In this document: piece after piece, positions 14,230-26,730 of the stretch | How the letters are laid out: every line of letters starts with the position of its first letter | Position numbering within the stretch: position 1 is the stretch's first letter | From: Pseudogymnoascus verrucosus | Lineage: Eukaryota | Direction: 5' to 3' (one strand) | DNA length: 64,000 bases | Assembly: GCA_001662655.1 (NCBI GenBank) | Contig: KV460273.1 | Position numbers and translations under genes: made by a program | Notes under the pieces: generated by a model | What the model was told of the DNA's origin: nothing | The model's input: only the letters and a program-made list of their open reading frames with translations | Databases searched by the model: none

Positions 14230-15917
14230 ATGGCCGAAGACGACACGCAAGCAACGCTGGCCCCCCCTTCCCCTCCAAGCCAGGCCATCGAAGACCCCGG
14301 CGCCCACGAGCTGGGTGAGCGATACCCTCCCCCCCACAACCAGTGAATACACATAACTAACACCCCCTCCAGAATCCTCCGACTCCGACGACCACTTCTC
14401 CGATGCCCGTAGCGACCGCGCGGCTTACTCCCGCACCGCATCCCCCATCCCCACGACCCGGGTGGAGCGAGTCGACCACGAAGCCAGCTACGGCGAAGTC
14501 CCTGGGACAGCAGCCTACGACCAGCGCTCTGAAGACGCCCGGCCCGACGAAGTCGCCTTCGTTGAAGACGACACCCCCTCCGCCACCGAACCAGTCCCTC
14601 GTCCTCTGACGCCCATCCCCCAGACGGTGCTCGAAGAGGTCCCCCCCTCCCCCATCCGGGGCCACGCCCACAAACCCAGCACACCTAAAGTCTACCCCGT
14701 CGACGCCCAGCCCGACCGCGTCATCCACATCCCAGATTCCGGGGCTGCTTCTACAGAGGAGGAGGAGGGAGGATCCGTCTCAGGTACGCGGCCGCGCTCT
14801 CCTAGCTCCCCCTCCGCGCCCGAGTCCGAGACGAGGTCACGAACCTCTAGTGTCGCCAGACCGCTGTCTGTGAGCCACGCGCTCGCCCCGCCGGCGGGAG
14901 ACTACGACACTGATGCCGACGGGGATGAGGACGAGGACGAGGATGCGGGCTTCGGTGACGACTTTGACGATTTCGAGGAGGGGGACGAGGACGCGGAGTT
15001 TGGGGACTTCGATGACGGGTTCCAGGAGGCGGGTGTGCAACCTGTACAGTCTTTACCGCAGATAGCTTCTTTATCCCTCGTAAGTAACACACACACACAC
15101 GCATGCATTGCGCAGCACAAACCGTCCCACCCCGTCCCAACCGCGCGTGACGCACGCACTTCCCCCCTACCCCCTACCCCCTACCCCCAACTCCCATCTG
15201 CCACCCCCTCCCCTCCAACCCACCAATCCTACTAACACACCACCACAGCCCCCCCTCTCCTTCGACACCCTCGACTCCCCCGCCGAAGTCCACGCCGCCA
15301 CAACCCCCTACCTAGACACACTCTTCCCCCCCTCTCCCCCCGCCCCCACCGTCGCCCCCCCCACCTCCCTCTTCCCCACCCCCCGCTCCGCCTCCCTCTG
15401 GGCCCAACTCAGCGCCCCCCCGCCCCTCAACCCACCAAACTGGCTACGCTCCCGCATTCGCCGCCTCTTTCTCGTTTCGCTCGGCGTGCCGATCGATTTA
15501 GATGAGATTCTCCCGGCGAGCAAGCAAGCTAAACTCGTTCTCCCGTCTACTGCATCCCCACGCACCTCGTCTGATGCGCGACTGGGATCAGTGGCAAGGT
15601 TACAGGGTGACAGCAACGGGAGTTCCGCCTCTGTCGACTCTTCGGGGAAATCGAAAAGAAGGCGTGGACCGCCGCCGGCGCCGGCGCTGGATCTAGGCGC
15701 TGCGAGGAGGTTGTGTAGTACGACTGATGAGGCGCTGGCGGGGTTGAGTGATAGAGAGTTGAGGGAGCATGTGGAGGTGTTGGAAGGGTTGAGGGGCGCG
15801 GCGGAGGGGGTGCTGGAGTATTGGACGAGGAGGACTGATGAGAAGTTGGGGGATAGGGAGGCGTTTGAGGGGGTGATTGAGAATTTGGTGCAGCATGCTA
15901 GGAAGGTTAGGAAGTAG
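14230..15917 (+). CDS. Laa2/DUF5102-like AP-1 clathrin adaptor accessory protein
   Basis: Acidic FGDDFDDF...EFGDFDDGF motifs (gamma-ear-binding type) and conserved PPNWLRSRIRRLFLVSLGVPIDLDEILP. Introns 14315-14372 and 15080-15248. Confidence 0.7.
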
Positions 15918-16897
15918 AGGGGTGGTGAGGTGAGGGTGGAAGTGGGAGTGGAGTGGAGTGCGGGTAGCTGGGCTATTCTCTGCGCTGGATGGGGTGGTGG
16001 TGGAAAAGAGTGTTGTTTGTACGATGGAGGTGCATGGGGGGAGTTTTTCTTTTATATCTTGTTGTAATTATTCATGAGAGTGGCGTTAGGGATACCAGAG
16101 GAGACAAGAGTTAATATAACACTCCCGATTGCAAATACAATTTTTTGGCTCATACTATGGTTCAATTGCTTCATTACGTGCAGTTATGCCTTCTATGTGC
16201 CGCCACGGCGTCGTATCTTCTACGAGCAATGTCTTTCTACATACGCTAGGATAAATGCAGTCTGTGAATTGCAAATGCTAGATTTCTAACTGATGCCATT
16301 GACTAACTCCTTGATATATACCGTAGCCGTAGCTTCTACGTGCCGTTCGTATCTTCTACAAATCATGCCTTCTGCATGACATCCATGTCTTCTACGCCTT
16401 CCGTGACTCCTATATGCGACGCATACTATCCTCTACAAAGAACCAGATCCATACCTCATACCCACCTGCACTTCACCGGCGTCAACAATTTCTCATTCGA
16501 GATGCTACGCTACGAGGTGCCCTGCGAAACAAACAATTAGAGCAGAGTAGCCACCCCTTCCTCCTCTAGAGGAAGCCCATAGAACACAGCAGCAACAACA
16601 GCAACGCCGACTAATTCGCCCTAGTCCCCCCTCCTCTAGCGGAACTCCATAAAAACACAGCGGCAACACCTCCCTTGCCGCCTACCCTGCCGCCCCCCCA
16701 ACGAACGTCTTCAACCCCCTCACCCCCTCAACCAAACCAAAACGGCTGCCTATCATATATCACAGGAATCGTTGAGCATAAAACGTCGAGGACGACGTCA
16801 CAATGGGCACAAAGAACTCTGAGGTCGAGGTTAATGGGCGAAAGGACAAAGGACACACCGATCTAACAATGGCGACGACGAGGTCCCCGAGAAGGAA

Positions 16898-17002
16898 GTT
16901 CACCTCCTTGCCGAGTTGGAGGTAACTCACCCTCGCCACGAACTTACCTTAACCTTCTGTTAGTAACTCACCGGCGTTAGTAACTTACCACCTTCTTCAC
17001 CT
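16898..17002 (-). promoter_or_regulatory. Cluster of consensus 5' splice sites and TACTAAC branch points (putative RNA regulatory element)
   Basis: Minus strand: AAGGTG-GTAAGT-TACTAAC-GCCG-GTGAGT-TACTAAC-AG-AAGGTTAAG-GTAAGT-TCGTGGCGAGG-GTGAGT. Four perfect donors and two perfect branch points within ~65 nt. Confidence 0.6.
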
Positions 17003-18075
17003 TCTTCAAGCTCTCACTTGGATCACGCAACGCCGATCACAAAACAACAACAACACGATCACAGCACAAGCACAACTCAACACAACAACACAGCATTCAC
17101 CAAACACACAAACCAGACGAACGATCACCAAGCCAAGCCAACGTACGCAACGAACGCCAACAACAGCACCGCACAACACAACACAACAGCAGCACCAAAG
17201 CAAAAGGAAACAACCTTCATCAAATTTTCTCAATTCATCTGTTACCACTCTCCATCCCCCCATCCATCCATCCCGATCTACACCTTCCCCATCCATCAAC
17301 CCCCGAAAGAGCACAACTCAAAAGAAAAAAAAGAGAAGCCGCAGATAGGCCGTCCGTCGTATGTTAATCCCTGAGAGTCTAAAAACTTTTCTTGTGTTGA
17401 TTCGTTGTTTGGCGTGAGTGTGTGGGTGGTACTTGGAAAAAACGACGACGACGATAAAACACAGAGATCCGAAGAGAGAAAGGAAAACAACTAGTAGTAG
17501 GTAAGGCTGCGCGAGATCCCGTCGAAAGGAGGAAGAAGAGGCACATATATTGACCGATCCATCAGATAATTCTGTTTCCTCCGATAAAAGGCTATGCCGC
17601 TGAACCTCGAAAAGCACAGGTTGGAATGAAGGCCCAAAGAGCTCCGAAATCAAACCAGAAATCTGCACCCTCGAAGATCCATAACAAAGCGCCTTGAAGA
17701 AAACATGATGGCGGCAAAAAAAAACAAGAACACACCCTCGACGGGACACAAGCCAGCGAAAAGCACAAAAAAACAAAAAAAAGACCAAAGCACGCAAAAC
17801 ATTTTGTTACTGATCCGAAGCACCCCCAGGTCGTCGTCGCGTGATAAAAAGAGCCCTCTAATGCACTTTTGTACATAGGCCGTCGTTAAGTTAATGCAGA
17901 TCCCCACCCATCATTTTTGACAAGGCAAACGCTAAGAGTAATAAACGGTAGCTCCAGGCAAAGTCGATGAGCAGAAGTGAAGCCAGATCAAACAGGCAAG
18001 CCAAGTGCAAGTACGCCGGTGAGTGCTGACTAACTAACTCCATTCGCGAGAGACACGGAAGAATCATTCATGCTT

Positions 18076-19703
18076 TTACTATAGATTGGTGGTTAGCAAG
18101 ATAACTTTTACTGACATGCTTCGCAGGGTTTCGATCTCTTACCTTAAGAGGAGCAAAGTTTCCATAGGGGTGGGATGGTGGCATGCCCATGCCCTGGTAC
18201 TGTGGTGGCGGTGGAGCCGGTCTGTAGGGGGTTCCAGCGGGACCAGAGTTGTTCTGGGAGCGTCCCCAAGAAAGGCGAACGCGGGAGTTTCCGATGGGGT
18301 AACCCTGCATCTGGTTGATGGCCATCTCAGCAGCGTGGCGCTGGACGAACTGGACGAAGCCGCAGCCCTTTCCGGGTGGGATCTTGACGTAGGTGATCTC
18401 TCCGAAGCCCTGGAAGAAAGAGCGGAGCTCGTCCTCGGTGACGTAGCCAGAGAGGCCACCGACGAAGACGGTGGTGTTGTTGGGGTCAGTGAACTGATTC
18501 ATTGGCTGGGGGGCACCGTAGTAGCCGATCGGGGGAGCTCCCATGGAGTACATGCCAGGGGCCATGTTGCCTCCCATTGGGGCGCCAGGCATACCGCCCA
18601 TGGCACCAGGTGGTCCACCACCGCCAGACTTGTTCTTGGGGGTCGCGGTGGAGATACGCATGGGGCGGTTGCCGCAGTAGACGCCCTGCATCTCGGTGAG
18701 AGCGCGCTGCTGGTCTCCCTCATCGGAGAAGCGGACGAAGCCGTAGCCACGCGACATGCCGGAGATCGGATCAGTCATGATCTTGGCAGACTTGCAAGAT
18801 GGGAATCTGGACTGGAAAAGCGAGACCAGGACATATTCGTTAACCTCTGGGCCGAGGTCACCAACGAAGATGGAGAATTCGGGTCCACGGTCATCACTAC
18901 AATGAGAGTCAGCAAAAGTCTCAGGCAAGGTGTTAAACACAGGGAATAAGGACCGAGATTCTGACCGTCTATCAGCGAGCCCGCCACCGGAAGCCCAGTT
19001 GAGCTTGAATGGGCGCGAGGTGTTGGGGATCATGGATCCGTTCAAGGAAAGAGCCTTGGCAGCAGCCTCAGGCGTGGTGAAGTCAATGAAGCAGTAGCCG
19101 GCGTTGCTAAGAGGAGGTTAGATCGGAAACAACAAGGTCAGTTGGCAGGATTGGAGCTTACCCAGAGAATTTGTCACGGATCATCTTGACGTTGACCTGC
19201 TCGCCCATTCCGAACCAGACGCTGCGGACGAAGTTCTCATCGATCCATGGCTCAAGCTCTCCCATCCTGTTGGAGGTTAGTATCCATGAAGAACAAAGGT
19301 CAACACTAGGTGCGGGGTGAAGCAACAGATCCAGGGGAATAAAGAGCTATCAAGCTATTATTCTTGAATCTGTATGATCACCCTGAACGAACTCAAGGTT
19401 GATACACAGAGGTACCAAGGTTGTGTATGGCCCAAGATCTACACCATGAAGGGATGAGGTTCAAACTTACCAGAGAGTGGTCTTGGAGTCAGGAGCGCCA
19501 GTCGATCCACCTTGGCCTTGCTCCATAGCACCTTGTCCCTGGAACGGGGCCTGGGTATCGGAGCCCTGGGGAGTTTGTTGCATGCTGGGCATGTTCTGCT
19601 GCATGTTTTGGATCGGTGGCTGACCCTGGGTGAGGCCAGTGTTTCCGTTCTCGGTGAACGGAGCAGGTTGTCCCTGCGAGGGGTCGAAGCTTGGGAAAGA
19701 CAT
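18076..19703 (-). CDS. Triple-RRM RNA-binding protein, Nam8/Ngr1/Csx1 (TIA-1-related) family
   Basis: KTTLWMGELEPWIDENF, FSIFVGDLGPEV..SRGYGFVRF, DPNNTTVFVGGL..KGCGFVQF..VRLSWGR. Introns ~19470-19267, ~19161-19108, 18965-18897 and 18142-18079; the last exon begins with TAA. Probable 5'UTR intron 20268-19717. Confidence 0.9.
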
Positions 19704-20988
19704 GGCGTTGCAAGCTTGATGGGTTGTTAGGTTTGTCAATGGCAATAAAGTGTTTGTGCAAGATTGGAAGAAGTACTGTAAAGGTGAAGGGTGGTTGTGT
19801 GGAGGAAGAGAGGAAGCGTCGAGGTAAATATTCTGGGCAAGAAGGTAAGCCTGTGTGACGCGTTGTGGGGTTCACGGCAAGGAATCGACGGCGACGGTGA
19901 GGCACCGACGGCAACCATTCTTGGGGGGATGGGGCTGGGAGTCACTCTACAGCAGCCCCACGACCTCACTTCGATCGCACTCTTTCGCCACGCACTGCGC
20001 AACTGGCGCAATGGGGCCAGAATTATCACATAGATCTCTCCTACTTGGAGACAACATGTCATGGACAGCATGGGCAGCATTTATCGAGTACAATTGGGAC
20101 TTCAATCGCACCGTACGATGACCTCACTCAAGGACAATGCAGCCGGACAGGTCATAACTTTATGGGGGGGAAAAGCACAGGGTTGGGACGCGCAAACAGC
20201 AACTACTGAGCACTCCTGTATATATGTGGGGGGGGACCATGATCGAGATGTGTGTATATGCGCACTTACTTCAAAGAAGCCCTTTAAAGCCGGTAAGTCG
20301 TTGTCGTCGTCGGAAGGTTATCCAGGAGGAGAGCGAGTTTCGGCGGGATAAAATATGTGCAAGGTTTCGAGAGGTCGCAGTGGGGAAAGTTTGGGTTGGT
20401 CGAGAATATTAAAAACCGGCGCAAGATTTATACGTTTAGAAGGACCTGAATCGTGGATCGTAAAGATTTTGAAGAAAGGCGCAGATGCTAGTAGGTAGCT
20501 GGGGGACAAAGCCGAATTCGAAAGGTTCGTTGTTCTTTCGGATTGTTGGTTTTGGTGGAAAGCAGTTTTGGTAAAATCAGTTTTCAAGTCCGAACACCCG
20601 CGACGCGCAACCCAGACACACGAAAAGCACACGAAGGAGCCGAGTGGGAACTTTTTTGGCAAGCGGCTTGGGAGAATTTGTTTATCGAAGGAGAGAAACA
20701 AATATAATAATAGAGCGCACGCAGGACACACAAAGATGTCTAAATAGGGAAGAGTGAGGAAAACGGGCGATCGTGGCGATGAGGTGGTGCAAAAGAAGAG
20801 AAGAAAGAGAAGAGAGGTAAGGTGGAGGTGGGAGGGTGGAGGTAAGAAGAGGATAGAAGGTGGGAGGTGTGGAAGTAGGTTTTTGGGTGTGGTATGGTGG
20901 TTTGTGGTGTGTGTGGTGGTGTGTGGTAGACAAGTACGTAGTGGGCTGGCTGGGGGGGGGTGCAAGTAAGGTAGGTAAGGTACTCCTA

Positions 20989-21083
20989 GTGTGGTTAGGT
21001 GTGGTTTAGGTGTGGTTAGGTGTGGTTAGGTGTGGTTAGGTGTGGTAAGGTGTGGTAAGGTGGTGGTAAGGTGGTGGTAAGGT
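20989..21083. repeat. 10-11 bp minisatellite (GTGTGGTTAG / GTGGTGGTAAG)n
   Basis: About 9 tandem units read directly. Confidence 0.9.
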
Positions 21084-24022
21084 TATGGTAAAGGTAGCTA
21101 GGTATATTTCGAGTAGTAGGCTGAAAAAGTGTTGGAGGGGAGTTAGGAGTACAGCAGTAGTAGGAAGGGCGGCGGGGAGAGAGGGTGGGGCGGGAACGAG
21201 GGAAACCAAGAAGAGGGAAGGAAGGGAGGAAGGGAAAGGGAAAGAATTGGCTGTGAATTGACGGCAATTGAGGGTAGTTTGGGTTGGAAGTGGGCACTTT
21301 TCATGGTTTAGACGGGTTAGATGGGGTTAGTGAAGGGCTTAGATGGGTTTAATGGGCTTTAGATGGGATAGTTGAGTAACTCTAGAGCTGAGGGAGGGCA
21401 AGAGCAATGGATGGAAGGATTGATTGTGGGCAGGGCAAGGAGAGAAAGGAAGGAAGAGAGCTAGAAGGCAATAGAGCAATACTAGAGATAGTAGAGATAC
21501 TAGAGATACTAGAGATGCTAAAAGTTGAGCAGGAGTAGACTTTGGCTAGAGGTACTGACTATACAATACAATACAATACTGGCGGGCAACTTCGGACGGC
21601 GCCATGGTTCATAGCCATACCTTGCGCAGGTTATCGAGGTACACTGCCATACGATAATATATGGACAAGTACATAATTGCCATGTTCGTAGCGTGGTAGT
21701 GGTGGTCTGTCCATCGTGAGTTTTATGTATGTGTGTCTGCGTATGTGCATCTGTGTGTGCGTGTTTCTGGGCAGAGTGGGGAAGCTCAGAGGGCTGTGTT
21801 TGTTTGGTTTCAGCCGCCCAAGATACTTTAGTAGGAGACGAGGTAGACGAGGTATTAAAGTATGTACAGTACTTTTGCATTTAGTCTACTCTACTCTGAC
21901 CACAAAGTGAAGTATCACAGGTAACACAATAACGACAATAAACGGCGATAAACCTCCTCTGGACCCGTCTGTACCGTCCATCCCATCCCTAGCTTCACTG
22001 TTGTGCTACTCGAGTCTAATAGAAAAGACACTATATCTGTATAAAATGAACTGACACGACAACTCCTCAAGCTAGACAGGCCACTACTCCTACATAGTAT
22101 ATCCATCTACTGACCTGACCATTACAGAGTATACCCAATCCTCTAATTATATCAGTCTACTCAACCATCTATTCCTGTCCATCCCCGTCTCCTCACCCGT
22201 CTATTCGCATACCTTACCTGCACCTCCCCAAGCTAAACACCAGGAGCTTTGACATCCCCATCCACCCCCCCCGGTCCTCCTCGCCCTGCCCCGGTTGAAT
22301 TCCCGAATGAAACCAATCTCCTTTGCCCGCACCCGCCGCGCTCCATTCGTCGTCATGTTTCACCTTTCCCGGCCTCGGGTGCCTGAGCGAGGTGAGCGAG
22401 GTGAGTAAGATATCTTACTCGCGCGTACATACCCCATCCTGCAGTTACAGTACCTGTTTCTGCCAACCTGCTAGCACTTCTTGCTAACGCTCGTTGTCTT
22501 GCATATTACAGCTATTTATGTATGCTGCCCGATGCCCGTATGCGGGTCTTTTACGAGGTCATTGGTGACTAGACGTCCTGTACCTACCTGCTCCGCGCGC
22601 CGGATCCATGCATGAAGGCAGCACGATGCATGTAGGAGAGGTACAGGACAGCGACAGGAGTACAGTGAGACAGTACAGCCAACCTGTCTCAAATCGTTGT
22701 ACCTTGAAAATAATCTTGAAAGTCCGGGGGACTGCGCCCTCTGCCCATCCATCGCCCCGAACCGAAGCAAGCAGGCAAGCAAGCAACTAGAAACCTGCCC
22801 ATAATCCTGTCATAAACTGAGTAAAAGACAAAAAAAAAAAAAGGGAAACAGTTCCAGCCGGTCATGGTTCACAGTTTCCCCTCATCTCTGGCTCACCAGA
22901 TGACATAGCACGCACAGTAGTACGGCCTAGTCGACACCTCCGCGCCCAATGGCTCCATCCCCTCCAGCGGTGGCTGATCAAATGGCTGATCCGTGGCTGA
23001 TCCGTGGCTTCATCAACAGCTTCGTTCCAGGGCTTGGCTGCGCTCGCGAGGTGAGGTACCTGTCAATAGTCAGGTCAGCTAACAGCTCGCTCGCTCAGTC
23101 GATAATAAAATCAAACCGATAAATCGCATGGTCTACAGCAAAACAACCCCGTGCCCGCGCATCGCCCGCGGTCGACCAGCAAACAACAACGCTGGGAAGA
23201 TGATCTATCCCCCTCTCTGCTGATGTCAAAAATCCGCCTGTCTAACTATCCCATCCCATCCCATCGCATACTGTACCGTCGCATCCCCCTTCCTTCCCCC
23301 ATGCCCTCCCGCTTTCCCCTCCCCTCCCCTCCATCCTATCGCGCATCGCGTATCATCGCTCCTCATCGAAGATTGGCACATCGCATCGCGATTTCATGCA
23401 CGTCATCTTTCTCACACAAACGACGCGCACCAATTGGCTCTGACGAGGGGCCTGCCCTGACTGCATCGCAGATTATTTACCCGGGATAGAAAATCTGCAG
23501 ATGGGATGGCTGGCTGGACGCTCCAGATTGATTGAGCGAGGGCTTGAGAGCTGTGCGAGGTACGTATAGGAAGTTGGTGGTGGTGGAGCTGTGCCGTTTG
23601 CTACATACTTTCCGCGGCGGCCCGAGATGTGTTATATCTCACGTTTATATATTCGAGAGCAGCTTCATCGACCGACCGACGACATCCGCCTTCTCTTACT
23701 ATGCTGCTGCTAGCATTCCGTGAGCCATTTGGCTGTGAGCACGTGTTCTAGTACTGGCTGGTCGTGTGTGCAAAATGGTAGGGTGTGAGTTTAGGTACAG
23801 CAGTACAGCACAGCTTATCGGCTTAACCAATGACATCCCAGCCGAGGTTCGAGATGGTAGAAACGCCTTCGTCGCAGCCTCAAGGGGTCTACTGTTCAGC
23901 CTCACTATAGCCATTCAACCCCCTTGAGACACAATATCTATCCCCTCCTCTACCGCCTCCCTCCCTCTCTACCCCCATCTCCACATCTCCGACCATCTCC
24001 CTGCGAACATCCCAACCCCAAA

Positions 24023-25327
24023 ATGACACTCCTCCACTGCCTCCGCTCGTCCCTCCCGGACCCCTCCTCCACTTCCAACATACCCCTCATCGCCCTCACC
24101 TCCCTAACAACGCTCTCCCTCCTCCACCTCACCCGCCTCGCCCTCTCCGCTCCCGCCCTCACAACCCGCGGTCCCACATCGACGCTGCTCCCGCACCTCT
24201 CCCAGGCGGCCCGCGAGGGGCTCGAGTACCCGCCTGATATCCTGCCGGGGGGGAGGGATGTGGATACACCGGTATGTGCTGGCCCCATTATCTACCTCGT
24301 GGTCCTGTCTAGTCTTCTTGTGCTAGATAGCAACTAGGTGGTGGCGGTAGAGTTGAGGAGGAGGAAGTAGAAGCAGAAACAGAAGCTAACATCTAAGTAG
24401 TATGGCTCAATAAGGGTCCATGAATGGGGTCCAGAAACCGGCCCCAAAATCCTAATGGTCCACGGCATCACCACGCCCTGCCTCGCGCTCGGCGGGCTCG
24501 CCCACGGCCTCGTGGAGAAGGGATACCGCGTCATGCTCTTCGATCTCTTCGGGCGCGGATACAGCGACACACCCACCTCCCTCCCGCACGACCTGCGGCT
24601 GTACACCACGCAGCTCCTGTTGGTTCTCTCTTCCTCCTCCCTCCCGTGGTGCGTGCCAGGTGGTTTCACACTCCTCGGTTACTCTTTGGGGGGAGGCATC
24701 GCAAGTGGTTTCGCGAGTTACTTCCCTCATCTCGTTAGCAAACTCATCCTCCTCGCCCCAGCGGGGTTGATCCGACCTCAACACATGAGCTCGAGGAGTA
24801 CAGTGCTCTACTGCACCGGTCTCATTCCCGAGAGCTGGCTGGTCTGGCTTTGTGAACGCCGTCTACTCGCCGGGCCGATGTACGCCAAAGAAAACAAGGC
24901 CCCAGCTTCCGTACTAGACGCCGAACTCCCCGGCCAAGAAGGCGTGCCGAACCCAGATTTCACACCCCTCTCCCTAACACGCCCCTACCTCACCGTCCCC
25001 GAAGCCGTACAGTGGCAGCTGCGTCACCACCCGGGTTTCGTGCCCGCATTCCTGAGCTGTATCCGCTACGCGCCGATTACGGGACAGCAGGAGATCTGGG
25101 AGAGACTACGCAGGGGGAGGACGGATGAGGTGCTGCTTGTGGTCGGGACGGAGGATCCGATTGTGCTCCCTGACGAGGTGAGGGAGGATGCTGAGAAGTT
25201 GCTGGGAGAGGGGAGGGTGAGGTATGTGGAGGTTGGGGCGGCGCATGATTTTGTGATTACGGATGTTGGGGAGGTTGTTGAGGCTGTGGTGGAGTTTTTG
25301 GAGGGGGGGAAGGGGAAGGTTGAGTAG
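24023..25327 (+). CDS. Alpha/beta-fold hydrolase with N-terminal hydrophobic anchor
   Basis: VHGITTP, FDLFGRGYSD, nucleophile elbow GYSLGG, D in GTEDPIV and H in GAAHD. Intron 24272-24400. Confidence 0.88.
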
Positions 25328-25654
25328 ATTTTCAAGATTTTTTTTATTTTTTATAGAGGGTGGAGGATAGGGGTGCGTTTGATACATGAGCGAGCGGTTT
25401 AATATAATGGGTGGGAGGAGATGGGGATGTGTAAGATGATAGAGGACAGAGTTAGAGACGTTGGATATCTATTTATTTTATCTCTCTCTTCACAACCCGC
25501 TCCCCGCAGCCATAAAGCACACCGCCAACAGTAACAGTAACACCCCCAGCCAGCCTTTCAACGCAGCAATGTATATATCCCCCCCCCCCCAGAACGCCAT
25601 TTCCATTTCCATTTCCATTCCCATCCCAGCAGTTCCCCCCCCTCAACCCCACAA

Positions 25655-26730
25655 CTAAGCACCATACCCCCCAAAACACTCCTCCCTATGCACCCCCAAA
25701 CACTCCAGCGCACAACACCTCGTCCCACACGCCATACACCTCACGCGTCCCCAATACCCACAAACCTCACAGAACCTCCTTCCCTTCACCCTCGCTGCTC
25801 CTCCTCCTGCTGTCCCCTCAAACCCGGCCTTGGCTTCTAAATACCCCCTAGGCCGTTCTGCTAACAAACTTTCCACCTCCTCTTTCGTTGGCATACTTGG
25901 TATCCTGGATCTGAGCAATGGATCGCTATCCCCAGGGTGTGGTGTGAAGTTCGGGGCTGTAGAGAGGAGGAGTCCTCCGGCATCAGCATCTGCATCCGCC
26001 ATCACCGTATCAGGCTGCGGCGTCTCGATCTTCATCGGCGGAGGCGTCGGTGTCGCAGCCGCCCCAGCAGCGAGAGAGCGACGTTTATACCCCCTCTTCG
26101 ACTGTGCCGCCGTAGGCGCAGGGCTCGCAGCGGCGGGTGTGGGTGTGGATGTGGCTGCGGCGGTGGTGGATGGGGCAGCGGTTGTGGAGGAGGGAGGGGC
26201 GAGAGCAGCGAGGGCTTCGGCGTCGGAGAGGTGGTTTGCGAATGTTTTTTGGGATTGGAGGATTTTGCGGACGGCGGGGGTTACTTTTCCGTGTGTTGCT
26301 GGTCATCATTAGCTTTCATCCTTCCATTTCTCAGTTCTCCCATCACCGCGCTTCCCCCCCGGCCTCTTTCCCCAGTTCCAGCTTTGGTGAACGTAGGCAG
26401 GACTCGAAGCAGTTCCACGCGCCGCCCAGGAAAGGAAAGGGAAGTAAAGCACAATAAGGAAAGACAAAACTCACCCCTCCCCGCCCCATCCCTCCCCCTA
26501 GGCACAACCGGAATACTCACCTCCCTCCCCCCCCCCTCCCTCTCCAACGCCGCCAGGTCCCTCGCAACTTTCGCATCCTGCCTCGCGCTCTGGTCGTGCG
26601 CGCTGGCGGTGTGGCGCGCGCGTTTGCGGGATGTAGGGGCTGCGGCGCTGGAGAGGGTGTCGGGGATGTAGGCCCACCCTGCCGAGGCGGATTTGGAGGT
26701 GGGGAGGTCGTGGACGCCGAAGAGGTCCAT
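25655..26730 (-). CDS. VPS71: SWR1 complex subunit Vps71/Swc6 (zf-HIT)
   Basis: GWAYIPDT N-terminus, VRKILQSQKTFANHL, C-terminal FCEVCGYWGRVRCMACGTRCCALECLGVHREEC. Intron 26474-26299. Confidence 0.85.

Noticed and set aside
16000..18000. Telomerase RNA (its 3' end is made by spliceosomal cleavage and it has a similar size)
   Set aside because: I found no CTAACCCTAA-type template on either strand in this interval.
19736..20080. uORF ahead of the Nam8-family gene
   Set aside because: It lies within a probable 5'UTR intron (20268-19717).
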